From contig CAYVIJ010000001.1 in the NCBI GenBank assembly GCA_964451515.1, positions 212,975 to 276,974 on the forward strand: DNA of 64,000 nt. Reading direction: 5' to 3'. Position numbers and translations under genes: made by a program. The stretch is from an uncultured Phycisphaeraceae bacterium. Its GTDB lineage: Bacteria; Planctomycetota; Phycisphaerae; Phycisphaerales; UBA1924. Position 1 is the stretch's first letter. Every line of letters begins with the position of its first letter. Below, piece after piece: positions 46,282 to 55,271 of this stretch. The notes beneath the pieces are model-generated. The model saw only the letters and a list, made by a program, of their open reading frames with translations. It did no database searches and was not told the DNA's origin.

Positions 46282-47949
46282 ATGTCCGCCATCATGATTC
46301 TGCTGGGCGCCGTGCTCGCCGTCGTGATCCTCGCCGCGATTCCGAAGGTCCCGAACACGGCGCTTCGGGCCGGCATCGTCCTTGCGGCGCTGCTGGTCTT
46401 CGCGGCGTTTTTCACATTGGGCTCGATCGTCTACGTCGGCCCGCAGGAAGTCGGGATCGTCAAGAAGAACGCTATGGGCCCCCGCCTTCCGGAGAACAAG
46501 ATCCTCGCGACAGAGGGCGAGAAGGGCGTGCAGGCGGAGATCCTGCCTCCCGGCTGGAACTTCTGGATGTGGCCTGTCATCTATGACGTGGACCTCGTGC
46601 TCATCACCGAGATTCCGCAGGGCCAGGTTGGCCTGCTCACCGCCGTCGATGGACGTCCTCTCCCGGAGACGGACTATTTCGCTCCGGAGTGGGCGGTCGG
46701 CAACTATCCCGATGCGGAAAAAGTCGCCGACAACGACGAGGTTCTTTTCCAGCGCATGCAGGAGGCGGCTTTTTTCCTGAATAATGGCGGATACAAGGGC
46801 CCTCAGACGTCGGTCCTCCGTCCCGGCGCCTACCGCATCAACACGCGCCTCTTCAAAGTCAACCAGGTTCCCGTGACCAACGTCGAAAAGGCGACAGTCG
46901 GAGTCGTCAAGTCGAACGTGGGGCAGCGCCCGAGCGAGTCCGTGCGCGACAACCTCGTCGAGCGCGGCCAGCGCGGCATCTGGCGCGAGCCGCTGCTCCC
47001 GGACACCTATCCGATCAATCTCGAAGCGTACGAGATCACGATCATCTCAACCGAGGAGCGCACCGTGCGCTACACCAAGGCCGCTGAATCGAGCCGGGGC
47101 GGCGACAGCGACGAGCGCGAGATCACCGTCCGCTCTTCGGATGGCTTCACATTCCCCGTGGACGTGCGCATCGAGTATCAGATCGAGCCGCAGAAAGCGC
47201 CGATCGTCGTCGCCGAGTTTCGCGATGACGGCGCTCGACTGACCGATCGGCTGAACTCCGTCGTCCGCTCCGTGTTCCGGAACAACGCCGAGGGCGTGAA
47301 GGCGCTGGACTATGTCAAGCAGCGATCGCAGCAGGAGTCCCAGTCTCTTGCGATGATCACGGAGCAGATGGCGTCCTTCGGCGTGACGGTCACGGGCGTG
47401 CGCATCGGAGATGTCGGCGACGAGGAGTCCCTCGGAGATCTCCTGAAGACGCAGACCGATCGCGAAATCGCCCTCCAAGAGCAGCTCACCTTCCAGGAGC
47501 AGCAGCGCGCCGCCGAGCAGCGCAAGGCGCTGACGCGCACCCAGCAGGAGGCGGAGGAGGAGCGCCGTCTCGCCACCGCGCAGTACGAAGTCCAGATCGC
47601 CAACGAGCAGAAGCAGCAGCAGATCATCCAGGCCGAAGCGCAGGCCGAGTCCATCCGCATCGAGGCCGACGCCCAGGCGAAGGCCTTCCAGCTCATCGCC
47701 CAGCAGATCGGCCAGGGCAACGCCGCCCTCATCGAGCTGCTCAAGATCGTCGGCGAGCGGGGGGTTCAGATCACGCCGCGCGTGATGGTCGTCGGCGACT
47801 CCTCGAGCGCCTCCGGCGAGACCACCGCCCTCATCGGCACCATGCTCGACACGATGATCGATCGCCAGGATCGCGATGCGTCCGGGCCGCCTCGGACGGA
47901 GGCGACGTCGCCGCGCCAGCCGCGCGGCGCCTCGCCCGACAACCGCTGA
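46282..47949 (+). CDS. SPFH/band-7 flotillin-like protein
   Basis: It has an N-terminal TM helix, an SPFH domain, and a long Q/E/A-rich coiled-coil (flotillin repeats). Confidence 0.8.
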   Translation: MSAIMILLGAVLAVVILAAIPKVPNTALRAGIVLAALLVFAAFFTLGSIVYVGPQEVGIVKKNAMGPRLPENKILATEGEKGVQAEILPPGWNFWMWPVIYDVDLVLITEIPQGQVGLLTAVDGRPLPETDYFAPEWAVGNYPDAEKVADNDEVLFQRMQEAAFFLNNGGYKGPQTSVLRPGAYRINTRLFKVNQVPVTNVEKATVGVVKSNVGQRPSESVRDNLVERGQRGIWREPLLPDTYPINLEAYEITIISTEERTVRYTKAAESSRGGDSDEREITVRSSDGFTFPVDVRIEYQIEPQKAPIVVAEFRDDGARLTDRLNSVVRSVFRNNAEGVKALDYVKQRSQQESQSLAMITEQMASFGVTVTGVRIGDVGDEESLGDLLKTQTDREIALQEQLTFQEQQRAAEQRKALTRTQQEAEEERRLATAQYEVQIANEQKQQQIIQAEAQAESIRIEADAQAKAFQLIAQQIGQGNAALIELLKIVGERGVQITPRVMVVGDSSSASGETTALIGTMLDTMIDRQDRDASGPPRTEATSPRQPRGASPDNR

Positions 47950-47955
47950 GAGAGG

Positions 47956-48909
47956 TCAGGACGACTCGCGCGTGCGGATTGCCTCGATCAGCGCGCCCAT
48001 GTGCTCGCGGATCCCCTCGTCTCCTCGATCAAGGCCGACGCCCAGGATGTCGCGCGTCGCCTCCTTGCTGAACATGTTCTTTGCAGGAGGGCCCATATCC
48101 GGCTCCACCAGGGAGGCGTCGAGCCCCAGGATGGACGCCGCGTGCTCCGCGAAGCGGGTCCGCTTCGCGTAGCAGTCCGCCAGGTTGAAGGCCCGCCCGC
48201 CGGCGTCGTCGCGCTCGACCGCTCGCACGATCGCCACTGCCACGTCATCGACATGCACCCACTTTCCGCCGCCCGGGAACTCCTCCTTCGTCACCCGCTT
48301 CCCGCTCAGCAGCCGCCTGGCCTGCTCGAAGCCATGAGTCTTCTCCAGCCGCACGGGCTCGACGCCGTAGACGCCGGCGGGCCGCACCGCGACGGTGTGC
48401 ATGCCCTCGCTGAAGTGGGCCCACCACAGGTGAGGCTCGACGGCGGCCTTGTACGCCCCGTACAGCGTGGCGGGACGAAGCGGATGATCCTCATCCACAA
48501 TACCCTCCCACTTCAGGGAAATATCGTGATGCGTCGCGACGCTGGAGACGAAAACGAACCGATCAACGCCCGAACGCCGGCAGAAGTCGAGCAGCTCGAT
48601 CGAGCCCAGCAGGTTCTGGCGGAGATGCCGATCCACGGGGCCCTCCCGCAGGGCGGCCCAGTCGACGGAGTTATGGACCAACGCCTGCGCATCTTCGACA
48701 AGATCCGCCCAGATTGCGGGATCAGCCTGGTCTCCGAACACGAATCTGTCCACGTACGGAGCGATGTGCTCCCGAGCGGAGGTGTGCCGGACCAGGGCTG
48801 TGACGGAATGGCCATCCTCGCCGAGCGCTCGGGCGACCGACGCGCCAATGAACCCTGACGCTCCCGTGAGTGCGACGCGCATGCCGCATCCTACACCGGA
48901 CACCGCCAC
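47956..48909 (-). CDS. NAD-dependent epimerase/dehydratase (SDR family)
   Basis: The N-terminus is VALTGASGFIGASVARAL. A YxxxK motif (YGAYKAA) is present. Confidence 0.8.
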   Translation of the reverse strand: MAVSGVGCGMRVALTGASGFIGASVARALGEDGHSVTALVRHTSAREHIAPYVDRFVFGDQADPAIWADLVEDAQALVHNSVDWAALREGPVDRHLRQNLLGSIELLDFCRRSGVDRFVFVSSVATHHDISLKWEGIVDEDHPLRPATLYGAYKAAVEPHLWWAHFSEGMHTVAVRPAGVYGVEPVRLEKTHGFEQARRLLSGKRVTKEEFPGGGKWVHVDDVAVAIVRAVERDDAGGRAFNLADCYAKRTRFAEHAASILGLDASLVEPDMGPPAKNMFSKEATRDILGVGLDRGDEGIREHMGALIEAIRTRESS

Positions 48910-48988
48910 AGACCGCGAGTCGTTGACACCCTCCGGGGGCAGGTCTAGCCTGCCTGTTCAGGCCGCCGAGGAGTCCAACCCCCGGTCT

Positions 48989-50353
48989 ATGACCAGCGAC
49001 CAGAACCAATCCGGCTCCGGCGAGCCAGAGAAGCTCAAGATGCCGGACGATCCCTCCGCTTCTTCCTCCGCGGGAGATTCCAAGGGCGGGTCCAAGTCAG
49101 GCTCGAAGTCTTCCAGCTCCAGCTTCGACACGGTGCTCGGGCGACTTGTCGTCGAGCAGGGGCTCGCCACGCGCGAGGAAGTGCAGAAGGCTCTTGGCGA
49201 TTCCACAGCGGGCGAGGAGGAGCCAGCCGGGAAGGGCTCGCTGGGCGAGCAGCTCATCCGCGATCAGTTCATCACGAGTTCGCAGCTTGATCGGCTCAGG
49301 GGGATGGTCGAGGCCGAGCGCTCGGGCCAGCAGATACCGGGGTTTCGAATCCTGGGCAAGCTCGGCGCCGGCGCCATGGCCACCGTCTTCAAGGCCAAGC
49401 AGATCTCGCTCGACCGTCTGGTCGCGATCAAGGTCCTGCCGCGGAAGTTCTCCTCCAACCCCGAGTTCATCTCGCGGTTCTATGCGGAGGGCCGCGCCGC
49501 AGCCCAGCTCAACCATCCCAACATCGTGCAGGCGTATGACGTCGGCAAGGCCGGGGAGTATCACTACTTCGTGATGGAGTATGTGGCGGGGTCGACGGTC
49601 TTCGATCAGATCGCCCGCCACAAGCGGTATCCCGAGAAGGATGCGATCGACATCGCCATCCAGGTCGCCGAAGCGCTGCTGCACGCGCACGAGCGAGGTC
49701 TGATCCACCGCGACGTCAAGCCCAAGAACATCATGATCACCCGCGAGGGCGTCGTGAAGCTCGCCGACATGGGCCTCGCCCGCGCCATGTCCGACAAGGA
49801 GGCCGCGGAGGCCGAAGCCGGCAAGGCCTACGGAACGCCCTACTACATCAGCCCCGAGCAGATCCGCGGCGCCAAGAAGCTCACGCCCGCCGCCGACATC
49901 TATTCGCTCGGGGCCACGCTCTACCACATGGTCACGGGCTCCGTCCCCTTCGAGGGCAAGAATCCCTCCGATGTGATGCACAAGCACCTGAAGGCCGAGC
50001 TCGTGGCCCCGGACCACGTCAATCCAAAGCTGAGCGCCGAGATCAGTCAGATCATCGAGATGATGATGGCAAAGGATCCCAAGGCGCGCTACCAGTCCTG
50101 CAAGGACCTGCTCACCGACCTCCGCGCCGCCAAGGCGGGCGAGCCGCTTGTCTTCGCCCGCTCCGACTTCGAGGCGGCCGAGCTGGCGACGCTCGCCGCC
50201 CAGTCGGCGAAAACGGCCTCGGCCGAGATCCCCGTCGACAAGACGCAGGAGCCCTCGCCCTGGTCGCATCCCCTGGCCCAAGTCCTCGTCGTGGTCGTGA
50301 TCGTCAGCGTTGTCGTCAACCTGATCCTCGTCGCCCTGCTCACGATGGCCTGA
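48989..50353 (+). CDS. Serine/threonine protein kinase with a C-terminal TM anchor
   Basis: The glycine loop is GKLGAGAMATVFKA. VAIKVL, HRDVKPKNIMI, DMGLA and SPE are present. The start was trimmed to ATG 48989. Confidence 0.85.
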   Translation: MTSDQNQSGSGEPEKLKMPDDPSASSSAGDSKGGSKSGSKSSSSSFDTVLGRLVVEQGLATREEVQKALGDSTAGEEEPAGKGSLGEQLIRDQFITSSQLDRLRGMVEAERSGQQIPGFRILGKLGAGAMATVFKAKQISLDRLVAIKVLPRKFSSNPEFISRFYAEGRAAAQLNHPNIVQAYDVGKAGEYHYFVMEYVAGSTVFDQIARHKRYPEKDAIDIAIQVAEALLHAHERGLIHRDVKPKNIMITREGVVKLADMGLARAMSDKEAAEAEAGKAYGTPYYISPEQIRGAKKLTPAADIYSLGATLYHMVTGSVPFEGKNPSDVMHKHLKAELVAPDHVNPKLSAEISQIIEMMMAKDPKARYQSCKDLLTDLRAAKAGEPLVFARSDFEAAELATLAAQSAKTASAEIPVDKTQEPSPWSHPLAQVLVVVVIVSVVVNLILVALLTMA

Positions 50354-50377
50354 GACGCCCCACCCTGGCGCCCCTCC

Positions 50378-50839
50378 TCACAGCGCCTCCACCACCATCT
50401 CCACCTCGACCGGCGTGTTCAGCGGAAGCGACACGGAGCCCACCGCCGCGCGCGTATGCCGTCCGGCCTCGCCGAAGATCTCCTGGAGCAGCTCGCTCGC
50501 CCCGTTGGCGACCTTGGGCTGATCCCCGAAGCCCGGCGCGCAGGCGACGAAGCAGCCCACTCGCACCACCCGGGAGATCCGATCCAGATCCTCGATCTCC
50601 AGCTGAACCGCCGCCAGCGCGTTCAGAACGCACTGGCGGGCGCACGCCTGGGCCTGCTCCAGGCTGACCTCCTCGCCCACGACGCCCTCCGCGATCAGCT
50701 TTCCCGCAAAGAAGGGAAGCTGACCGCTGACGAAGACGAGGTTGCCCGTCCGAACCGTCGGCACATACGAAGCCACCGGCTTGGCCGCTTCAGGCAGTGT
50801 CAGCCCCAATTCCGCGAGCCGCTCGATGATCTTGCCCAT
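50378..50839 (-). CDS. ridA: RidA/YjgF family protein
   Basis: The protein is 153 aa. The C-terminal RAAVGSVSLPLNTPVEVEMV signature is present. Confidence 0.85.
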   Translation of the reverse strand: MGKIIERLAELGLTLPEAAKPVASYVPTVRTGNLVFVSGQLPFFAGKLIAEGVVGEEVSLEQAQACARQCVLNALAAVQLEIEDLDRISRVVRVGCFVACAPGFGDQPKVANGASELLQEIFGEAGRHTRAAVGSVSLPLNTPVEVEMVVEAL

Positions 50840-51349
50840 TTTTCCAGATCTCCCGAACAGAATCCGTCCCGAACGTCGGGATTCCCGCTCACCATAATCG
50901 CTCGGGCCCTGGAACCGCTCCCCTTGACATGCGAACCTTCTTGGGCAAGCATTCCGCTATCCGCGATATGCGGAGGTGAGGGGCCTTGAGGCCACCCATT
51001 CCGGCCCGATTCCTGCCTGAAGTTGGATCGGCCACCCGCACTCATGGACCCGGCGTGCGTTCCGCCGCTGAGTTGATTCGAACGGTCCGAGTCCCTCACC
51101 GACAACCTGAACCGTCAGCCGCTCAGCCGAGTGCGCGTCGCCCAGCCTGTCGCAGGGCGCCGCTTCCACTGCGGGACGTCCGCGGCGCCGACGGGAGTTG
51201 ATGAACTGTCGCCCGCGCCGAGAGCGCCGGGCGCGTCTGGTGAGACGTACAGGAACACCGTTCGAATTCAGAGCCAACGGGCCCTCCGTTCCGCATCGCG
51301 GACGTCCGGATCGGAGCTGGTCGTCGAAGGCTCGACAGGAGCACATGAC

Positions 51350-52444
51350 ATGAAGCGCAGAAATACGCGCGGATTCACGCTCATTGAGCTGCTGGTGGTC
51401 ATCTCGATCATCGCGCTGCTCATCGGCATTCTCCTTCCTGCGCTGGGCCGCGCTCGCCGCAACGCCCAGGCCCTGAAGGACGGCACCCAGCTCAAGCAGA
51501 TCCACCTGGGTCTGGCGAGCTGGGCAGCCAGCGAGAATGGCAATTATCCACGGCCCTCCCGCGTCGACAACGACAACTTCACCGAGGGGCCGGATAATCC
51601 GGACGAGACCGAGGACGCGTGGAAGAAGAATCGCACCGCCGCGATGTTCTCGATCCTGATTTTCAACGGCAACATCGTCCAGGACATCTGCGTCAGCCCC
51701 GCGGAGCCCAACGGCCAGATCACGACCGATGACAACTTCCGCTTCTCCTTCACACAGGACGATGAGGGTGGGGGCTCGTTGCGGGCGGCAGGAGATGGAC
51801 CGGACGGTGCGCTTAATGAGCCGAGCCGCGCGCTCTGGGATCCGGGGTTCCGCTCGGTTCCGGGTCGGGAAATTACGGGTCAGTTTTATGACCAGGACAC
51901 TCCCGATTTCGACGGCAACTCGTCCTACGCGCACAACCCGCTCAGCGGGCGTCGGCTTGGGTTTTGGAGGGACACGTTCGATTCGAACACGCCGATCATG
52001 GCCAATCGCGGCCCGCTCTACTCGGACACTGACGGAGGCCCGGGGAGCAACTTCCTCGACACGCCGGATGACGAGCTCTGGCGGCTGGCGACCGGTGCGA
52101 ACTCCCTGTTCGGCGAGGGCTCGGACGCGCTGCGTTTCGCCGGCTCGGTGCGCGACTGGGCGGGCAACGTCGTCTACAACGATGGCCACGTCGCTCTCGA
52201 GAACATGCCCGATCCGACCAACGTGACCTTTCAGGATCCTACGCAAACTCCGCGAGTGACGCGTCGCGACAACATCTTCGTCGATGAGACCAACGAAAAC
52301 ACCAACGATGATCCAGCGCTGCGCGACAACATCTTCATGCGAGTCTGGTCGAACGGCATCGACGACACGGATGCTCTCGAACCGCAGACGCTGACCGAGT
52401 TCATGTGGCTCGATGGCTTCCAAGATGTCGGTGAGGTTCAGTGA
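51350..52444 (+). CDS. Prepilin-type N-terminal cleavage/methylation domain protein with a DUF1559 (H-X9-DG) domain
   Basis: The start was trimmed to ATG 51350, which has an AGGAG RBS. The N-terminus is RGFTLIELLVVISIIALLIGILLPAL. NDGHVALENM is near the C-terminus. Confidence 0.85.
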   Translation: MKRRNTRGFTLIELLVVISIIALLIGILLPALGRARRNAQALKDGTQLKQIHLGLASWAASENGNYPRPSRVDNDNFTEGPDNPDETEDAWKKNRTAAMFSILIFNGNIVQDICVSPAEPNGQITTDDNFRFSFTQDDEGGGSLRAAGDGPDGALNEPSRALWDPGFRSVPGREITGQFYDQDTPDFDGNSSYAHNPLSGRRLGFWRDTFDSNTPIMANRGPLYSDTDGGPGSNFLDTPDDELWRLATGANSLFGEGSDALRFAGSVRDWAGNVVYNDGHVALENMPDPTNVTFQDPTQTPRVTRRDNIFVDETNENTNDDPALRDNIFMRVWSNGIDDTDALEPQTLTEFMWLDGFQDVGEVQ

Positions 52445-52505
52445 CGTTCAATCCGGGGCCAAGCCGCGCGTGAGCGTCGGCTGAGCCTTGCTTGAGCAAA
52501 CAATC

Positions 52506-52540
52506 GACCGAGGTCGGGCGCGCCCGGCCTCGGTTTTTTC
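52506..52540 (+). terminator. Rho-independent terminator for the DUF1559 gene
   Basis: The GC-rich hairpin is ccgaggtcgggcgcgcccggcctcgg, followed by tttttt. Confidence 0.6.
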
Positions 52541-52566
52541 ATGCGCTATCCCCACGCCGAGCGCAT

Positions 52567-52592
52567 GCAAAAACCGCCGGAGTTCCGGCGGT
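52567..52592 (-). terminator. Rho-independent terminator downstream of tRNA-Gln
   Basis: On the minus strand the hairpin is CCGCCGGA-ACT-CCGGCGG, followed by TTTTTG. Confidence 0.5.
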
Positions 52593-52611
52593 TCAGGGCA
52601 GGGGAGCCAAG

Positions 52612-52682
52612 CTGGGGATCAAGGATTCGAACCTTGACTAACTGAACCAGAATCAGCCGTGCTACCGTTACACCAATCCCCA
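52612..52682 (-). tRNA. tRNA-Gln: tRNA-Gln (anticodon CTG)
   Basis: The reverse complement is TGGGGATTGGTGTAACGGTAGCACGGCTGATTCTGGTTCAGTTAGTCAAGGTTCGAATCCTTGATCCCCAG. The anticodon loop is TTCTGGT, the T-loop is TTCGAAT, and there is a U1-A72 pair. Confidence 0.8.
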
Positions 52683-52763
52683 GGCGATTTGGCGATCCTA
52701 CCCCTCGATCGGCGGGTCGGCAAGAGGCGCTTGAGCGCGTCTGCTCGCCACTCGGGATAAGCC

Positions 52764-53948
52764 TCAGGAGCCCGTCAGCTCGCGCTCCCACCGCCGCGCC
52801 GGCGCGGAGACGCTCGACGCCGTCTCGCTCGCCGCGATGATCTGCTCGAGCATCTCGAGATCGCGCTCCAGCTCCAGCGGGTGGCCTTGCCAGCGCACGA
52901 TGCCGTCCGGGCTCATCACCATCAGGTGCGGAATCCCGCGGACGCGGAACCAGCTCTCCATCCGCTGATCCGGATCCGTGGCGACGGTGTAGCGCATCTC
53001 CAGAGGCGTTCCCCCGTTCTCCTGCATGAAGCGCTCGACGGTCAGCGGCGGCTCGTCCGAGAGCCCGATGATCGCCACATCCTCCGCGTACTTCTCCGCC
53101 ATCTCGTTGAGCTTGGGGATCGACGCCCGGCAGGGCCCGCACCACGTCGCCCAGAAGTCGACGAGGACGACCTTGCCCTCGATCGAGGGCTTGCCCGAGA
53201 GCCAGCGGATCGACTGCCACGACTGATCCGGGACGCGGTCCCCCTGCTTGTCCAGGGCGCTGAGCCGTCCCGTGTTCTGCTCCGGGAAGGGGATGACCGT
53301 CGCCTCGATCTCCCGCTCGTACGCCGGGTGCGTCGCCGCCGTCGCAGAGGGATCGTGCGGCTCGTCCACCAGCGCCGAGATCGCCTCCCGCAGCCCTCTC
53401 GGGGTGAGCCCGGCGTAGCGGACCGCGCCGTTGCGATCGACGACGATGTTCGTGGCCCGCTTGTAGAAGCCCAGGTCATCGCACATCGCCCCGCTGGAAT
53501 CGATGGCGATGGGGATGTCCATCGGCTTGCGCTCGAGGAACGCATGGGCCTTCTCCGCGCCCTGCGGCGTGTGGAGCCCGATGACGACCACATCCTCCCC
53601 GAAATCCTCCATCAGTTCGCTGACACGGTCCATCCACATCCGTCCGATCGTGGCCCGGGAGGTCCACGACTGGAGGACGACGATCCGGCCCCGGAGGCCC
53701 TCCCAATCGAGCGGTTCGCTGTCCACCCAGTGCAGGTCGTCGCGGAAGGCGGGCGGGGCGTGCCCCGTCAGCTCGCTGAACCACGTCCGATCCACGGTGG
53801 AGAGGCGGCGATCCAGCCAGTCCGGCTTCGCCTCCGCCGGCGCCTCCGCCATCGCAGCGCTCGCCGCCAGTCCGAAGACCGCCGCCGAGATCGCAAGAAT
53901 CGCAGTGCGTCTCATAAACATCCGTTCGACCCTCTCTGCTGAAGTCAC
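52764..53948 (-). CDS. Secreted tandem thioredoxin-fold (TlpA/redoxin-like) protein
   Basis: It has a signal peptide. The second domain carries WATWCGPCRASIP (CxxC). The first domain has the same fold, but WTSRATIG lacks the CxxC. Confidence 0.75.
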   Translation of the reverse strand: MTSAERVERMFMRRTAILAISAAVFGLAASAAMAEAPAEAKPDWLDRRLSTVDRTWFSELTGHAPPAFRDDLHWVDSEPLDWEGLRGRIVVLQSWTSRATIGRMWMDRVSELMEDFGEDVVVIGLHTPQGAEKAHAFLERKPMDIPIAIDSSGAMCDDLGFYKRATNIVVDRNGAVRYAGLTPRGLREAISALVDEPHDPSATAATHPAYEREIEATVIPFPEQNTGRLSALDKQGDRVPDQSWQSIRWLSGKPSIEGKVVLVDFWATWCGPCRASIPKLNEMAEKYAEDVAIIGLSDEPPLTVERFMQENGGTPLEMRYTVATDPDQRMESWFRVRGIPHLMVMSPDGIVRWQGHPLELERDLEMLEQIIAASETASSVSAPARRWERELTGS

Positions 53949-54103
53949 GCTCGTTCCAGGGCCCGGCGGTCTCTCGCCGGGGGCGGCTCATCCGCCGCTC
54001 GGTCCCGCTAAGGGTATAACCGCCGCGGCCGCCGGTTCGTTCGCATCCCGTTTCGTTTTTGGGCCATCCGGGGCGGAATCGGCTGTCCGACGTCCAACGG
54101 GGC

Positions 54104-54709
54104 TCACCACAGCCAGCCGGATTTCTTCTTGGGCGGGCTCCCGCCTGTGCGTTCGACCGCAGCCACGGCGGTGGGGACGTCCCGGCAGATCGGAAAGAGC
54201 CGATCGAGGCGGGTGAGCTTGAAGAGATAGGAGACGGACTGGGCGGCATTGACCAGCGCCATTCGCCCGCCCTGCTTTTGGAGGATCGTCAGCAGCTCGA
54301 CCATCGCTCCGACGCAGGAGGAGTCCATGAAGCTGACGTTCTGAAGATCGAAGACGAAGTGCTTGGTCTCGCTGGTCTCAACGATCTCAAGCAGTTGCGA
54401 GACGAGCTCTGTCGCCTCGCCGCCCGAGAGATCGGTGACGGTGACCGTCACCACGACCGTCGTGCCGAGCCGCTCGAGCGTCGCCAGTTGCGGCGGCTGC
54501 GGCGGATGCTCGACATCCGGCAGAATCTCCCGCTCGAGCTCCGGGTCGATAATCCTGGACCGCTCCGCGGGTCGTGGACTCGCGGACGGAAAGCTGTCGC
54601 GGGGCGTCGGCCCGCCTGGTTCGTGCGTTCGTTCCATAGTGAGCGCCTCCCCGTCGCTCCCGGGCCGCGACGCTCCAACCTGCCGCCTCGACCATTGCCT
54701 CGAGACCAT
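54104..54709 (-). CDS. STAS-domain anti-sigma-factor antagonist (SpoIIAA-like) with a disordered N-terminal extension
   Basis: The C-terminal domain is FVFDLQNVSFMDSSCVGAMVELLTILQKQGGRMALV. Confidence 0.7.
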   Translation of the reverse strand: MVSRQWSRRQVGASRPGSDGEALTMERTHEPGGPTPRDSFPSASPRPAERSRIIDPELEREILPDVEHPPQPPQLATLERLGTTVVVTVTVTDLSGGEATELVSQLLEIVETSETKHFVFDLQNVSFMDSSCVGAMVELLTILQKQGGRMALVNAAQSVSYLFKLTRLDRLFPICRDVPTAVAAVERTGGSPPKKKSGWLW

Positions 54710-54786
54710 CGTCCCGATCCTCGCGCGACTGCACGCGCCGGCTGGCTCGGCGCGTCAAAGCCTGACGTCTCTGCCGGACGTGCCGA

Positions 54787-55080
54787 TCACCACGCCGTGC
54801 GGCGCAGCGACGCCTCGGGGCCGCCCTCGCGGGGGCGCTTGGGCTGCGCCTTGAGGCGCTCGGGCGCGGCGCCCGCAGCGCCGTTGCTGGGCGGGGCGTC
54901 CGGGCGACTCTCATCGAGCGGCTCGGTCTTTGGCGCGGGGCGCGCCGAGGGCTCGCCGTTGCGCTCGGGCGGCTCCGTCTCGCCCTGCAAGCGCTTCTCC
55001 CTCGCCTGCTCGATGGAGCGGTCCAGCTTCTTGAGAATGTCCTTCACCTGTGTGAACGTCTGTCGTGAAGTCGTCATCAT
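54787..55080 (-). CDS. Small hypothetical protein (about 98 aa); the start was trimmed
   Basis: After trimming, the N-terminus is MMTTSRQTFTQVKDILKKLDRSIEQAREKRL, with GGGAG upstream. The raw ORF N-terminus is Arg-rich junk. Confidence 0.25.
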   Translation of the reverse strand: MMTTSRQTFTQVKDILKKLDRSIEQAREKRLQGETEPPERNGEPSARPAPKTEPLDESRPDAPPSNGAAGAAPERLKAQPKRPREGGPEASLRRTAW

Positions 55081-55271
55081 TGGGCTCCCCATGCGGCTGT
55101 CGCTATCGGCCCAATCCCGCTGGACATTCGCCGCCCGATCACGAACGCCGCGATTCCGGACCCTTCCGTTCCGTCTGTGCCGACTGGGGGGAAACCCCGC
55201 ACGCGCCGCCCGCTTCCGCGCCTGCGCGCCGCTACAGTCATCACCCGTCCGGACCTTGCCTGGAGAGACCG

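Noticed and set aside
50957-52423. 488-aa minus-strand ORF
   Set aside because: It is antisense to the well-supported DUF1559 gene and is Arg-rich junk.
1286-52682. The tRNA-Ser to tRNA-Gln interval as a tRNA-bounded genomic island
   Set aside because: The interval contains mfd, purC, coaC, rpoZ, bioA and similar housekeeping genes. GC content is uniform, and there is no integrase or direct repeat.
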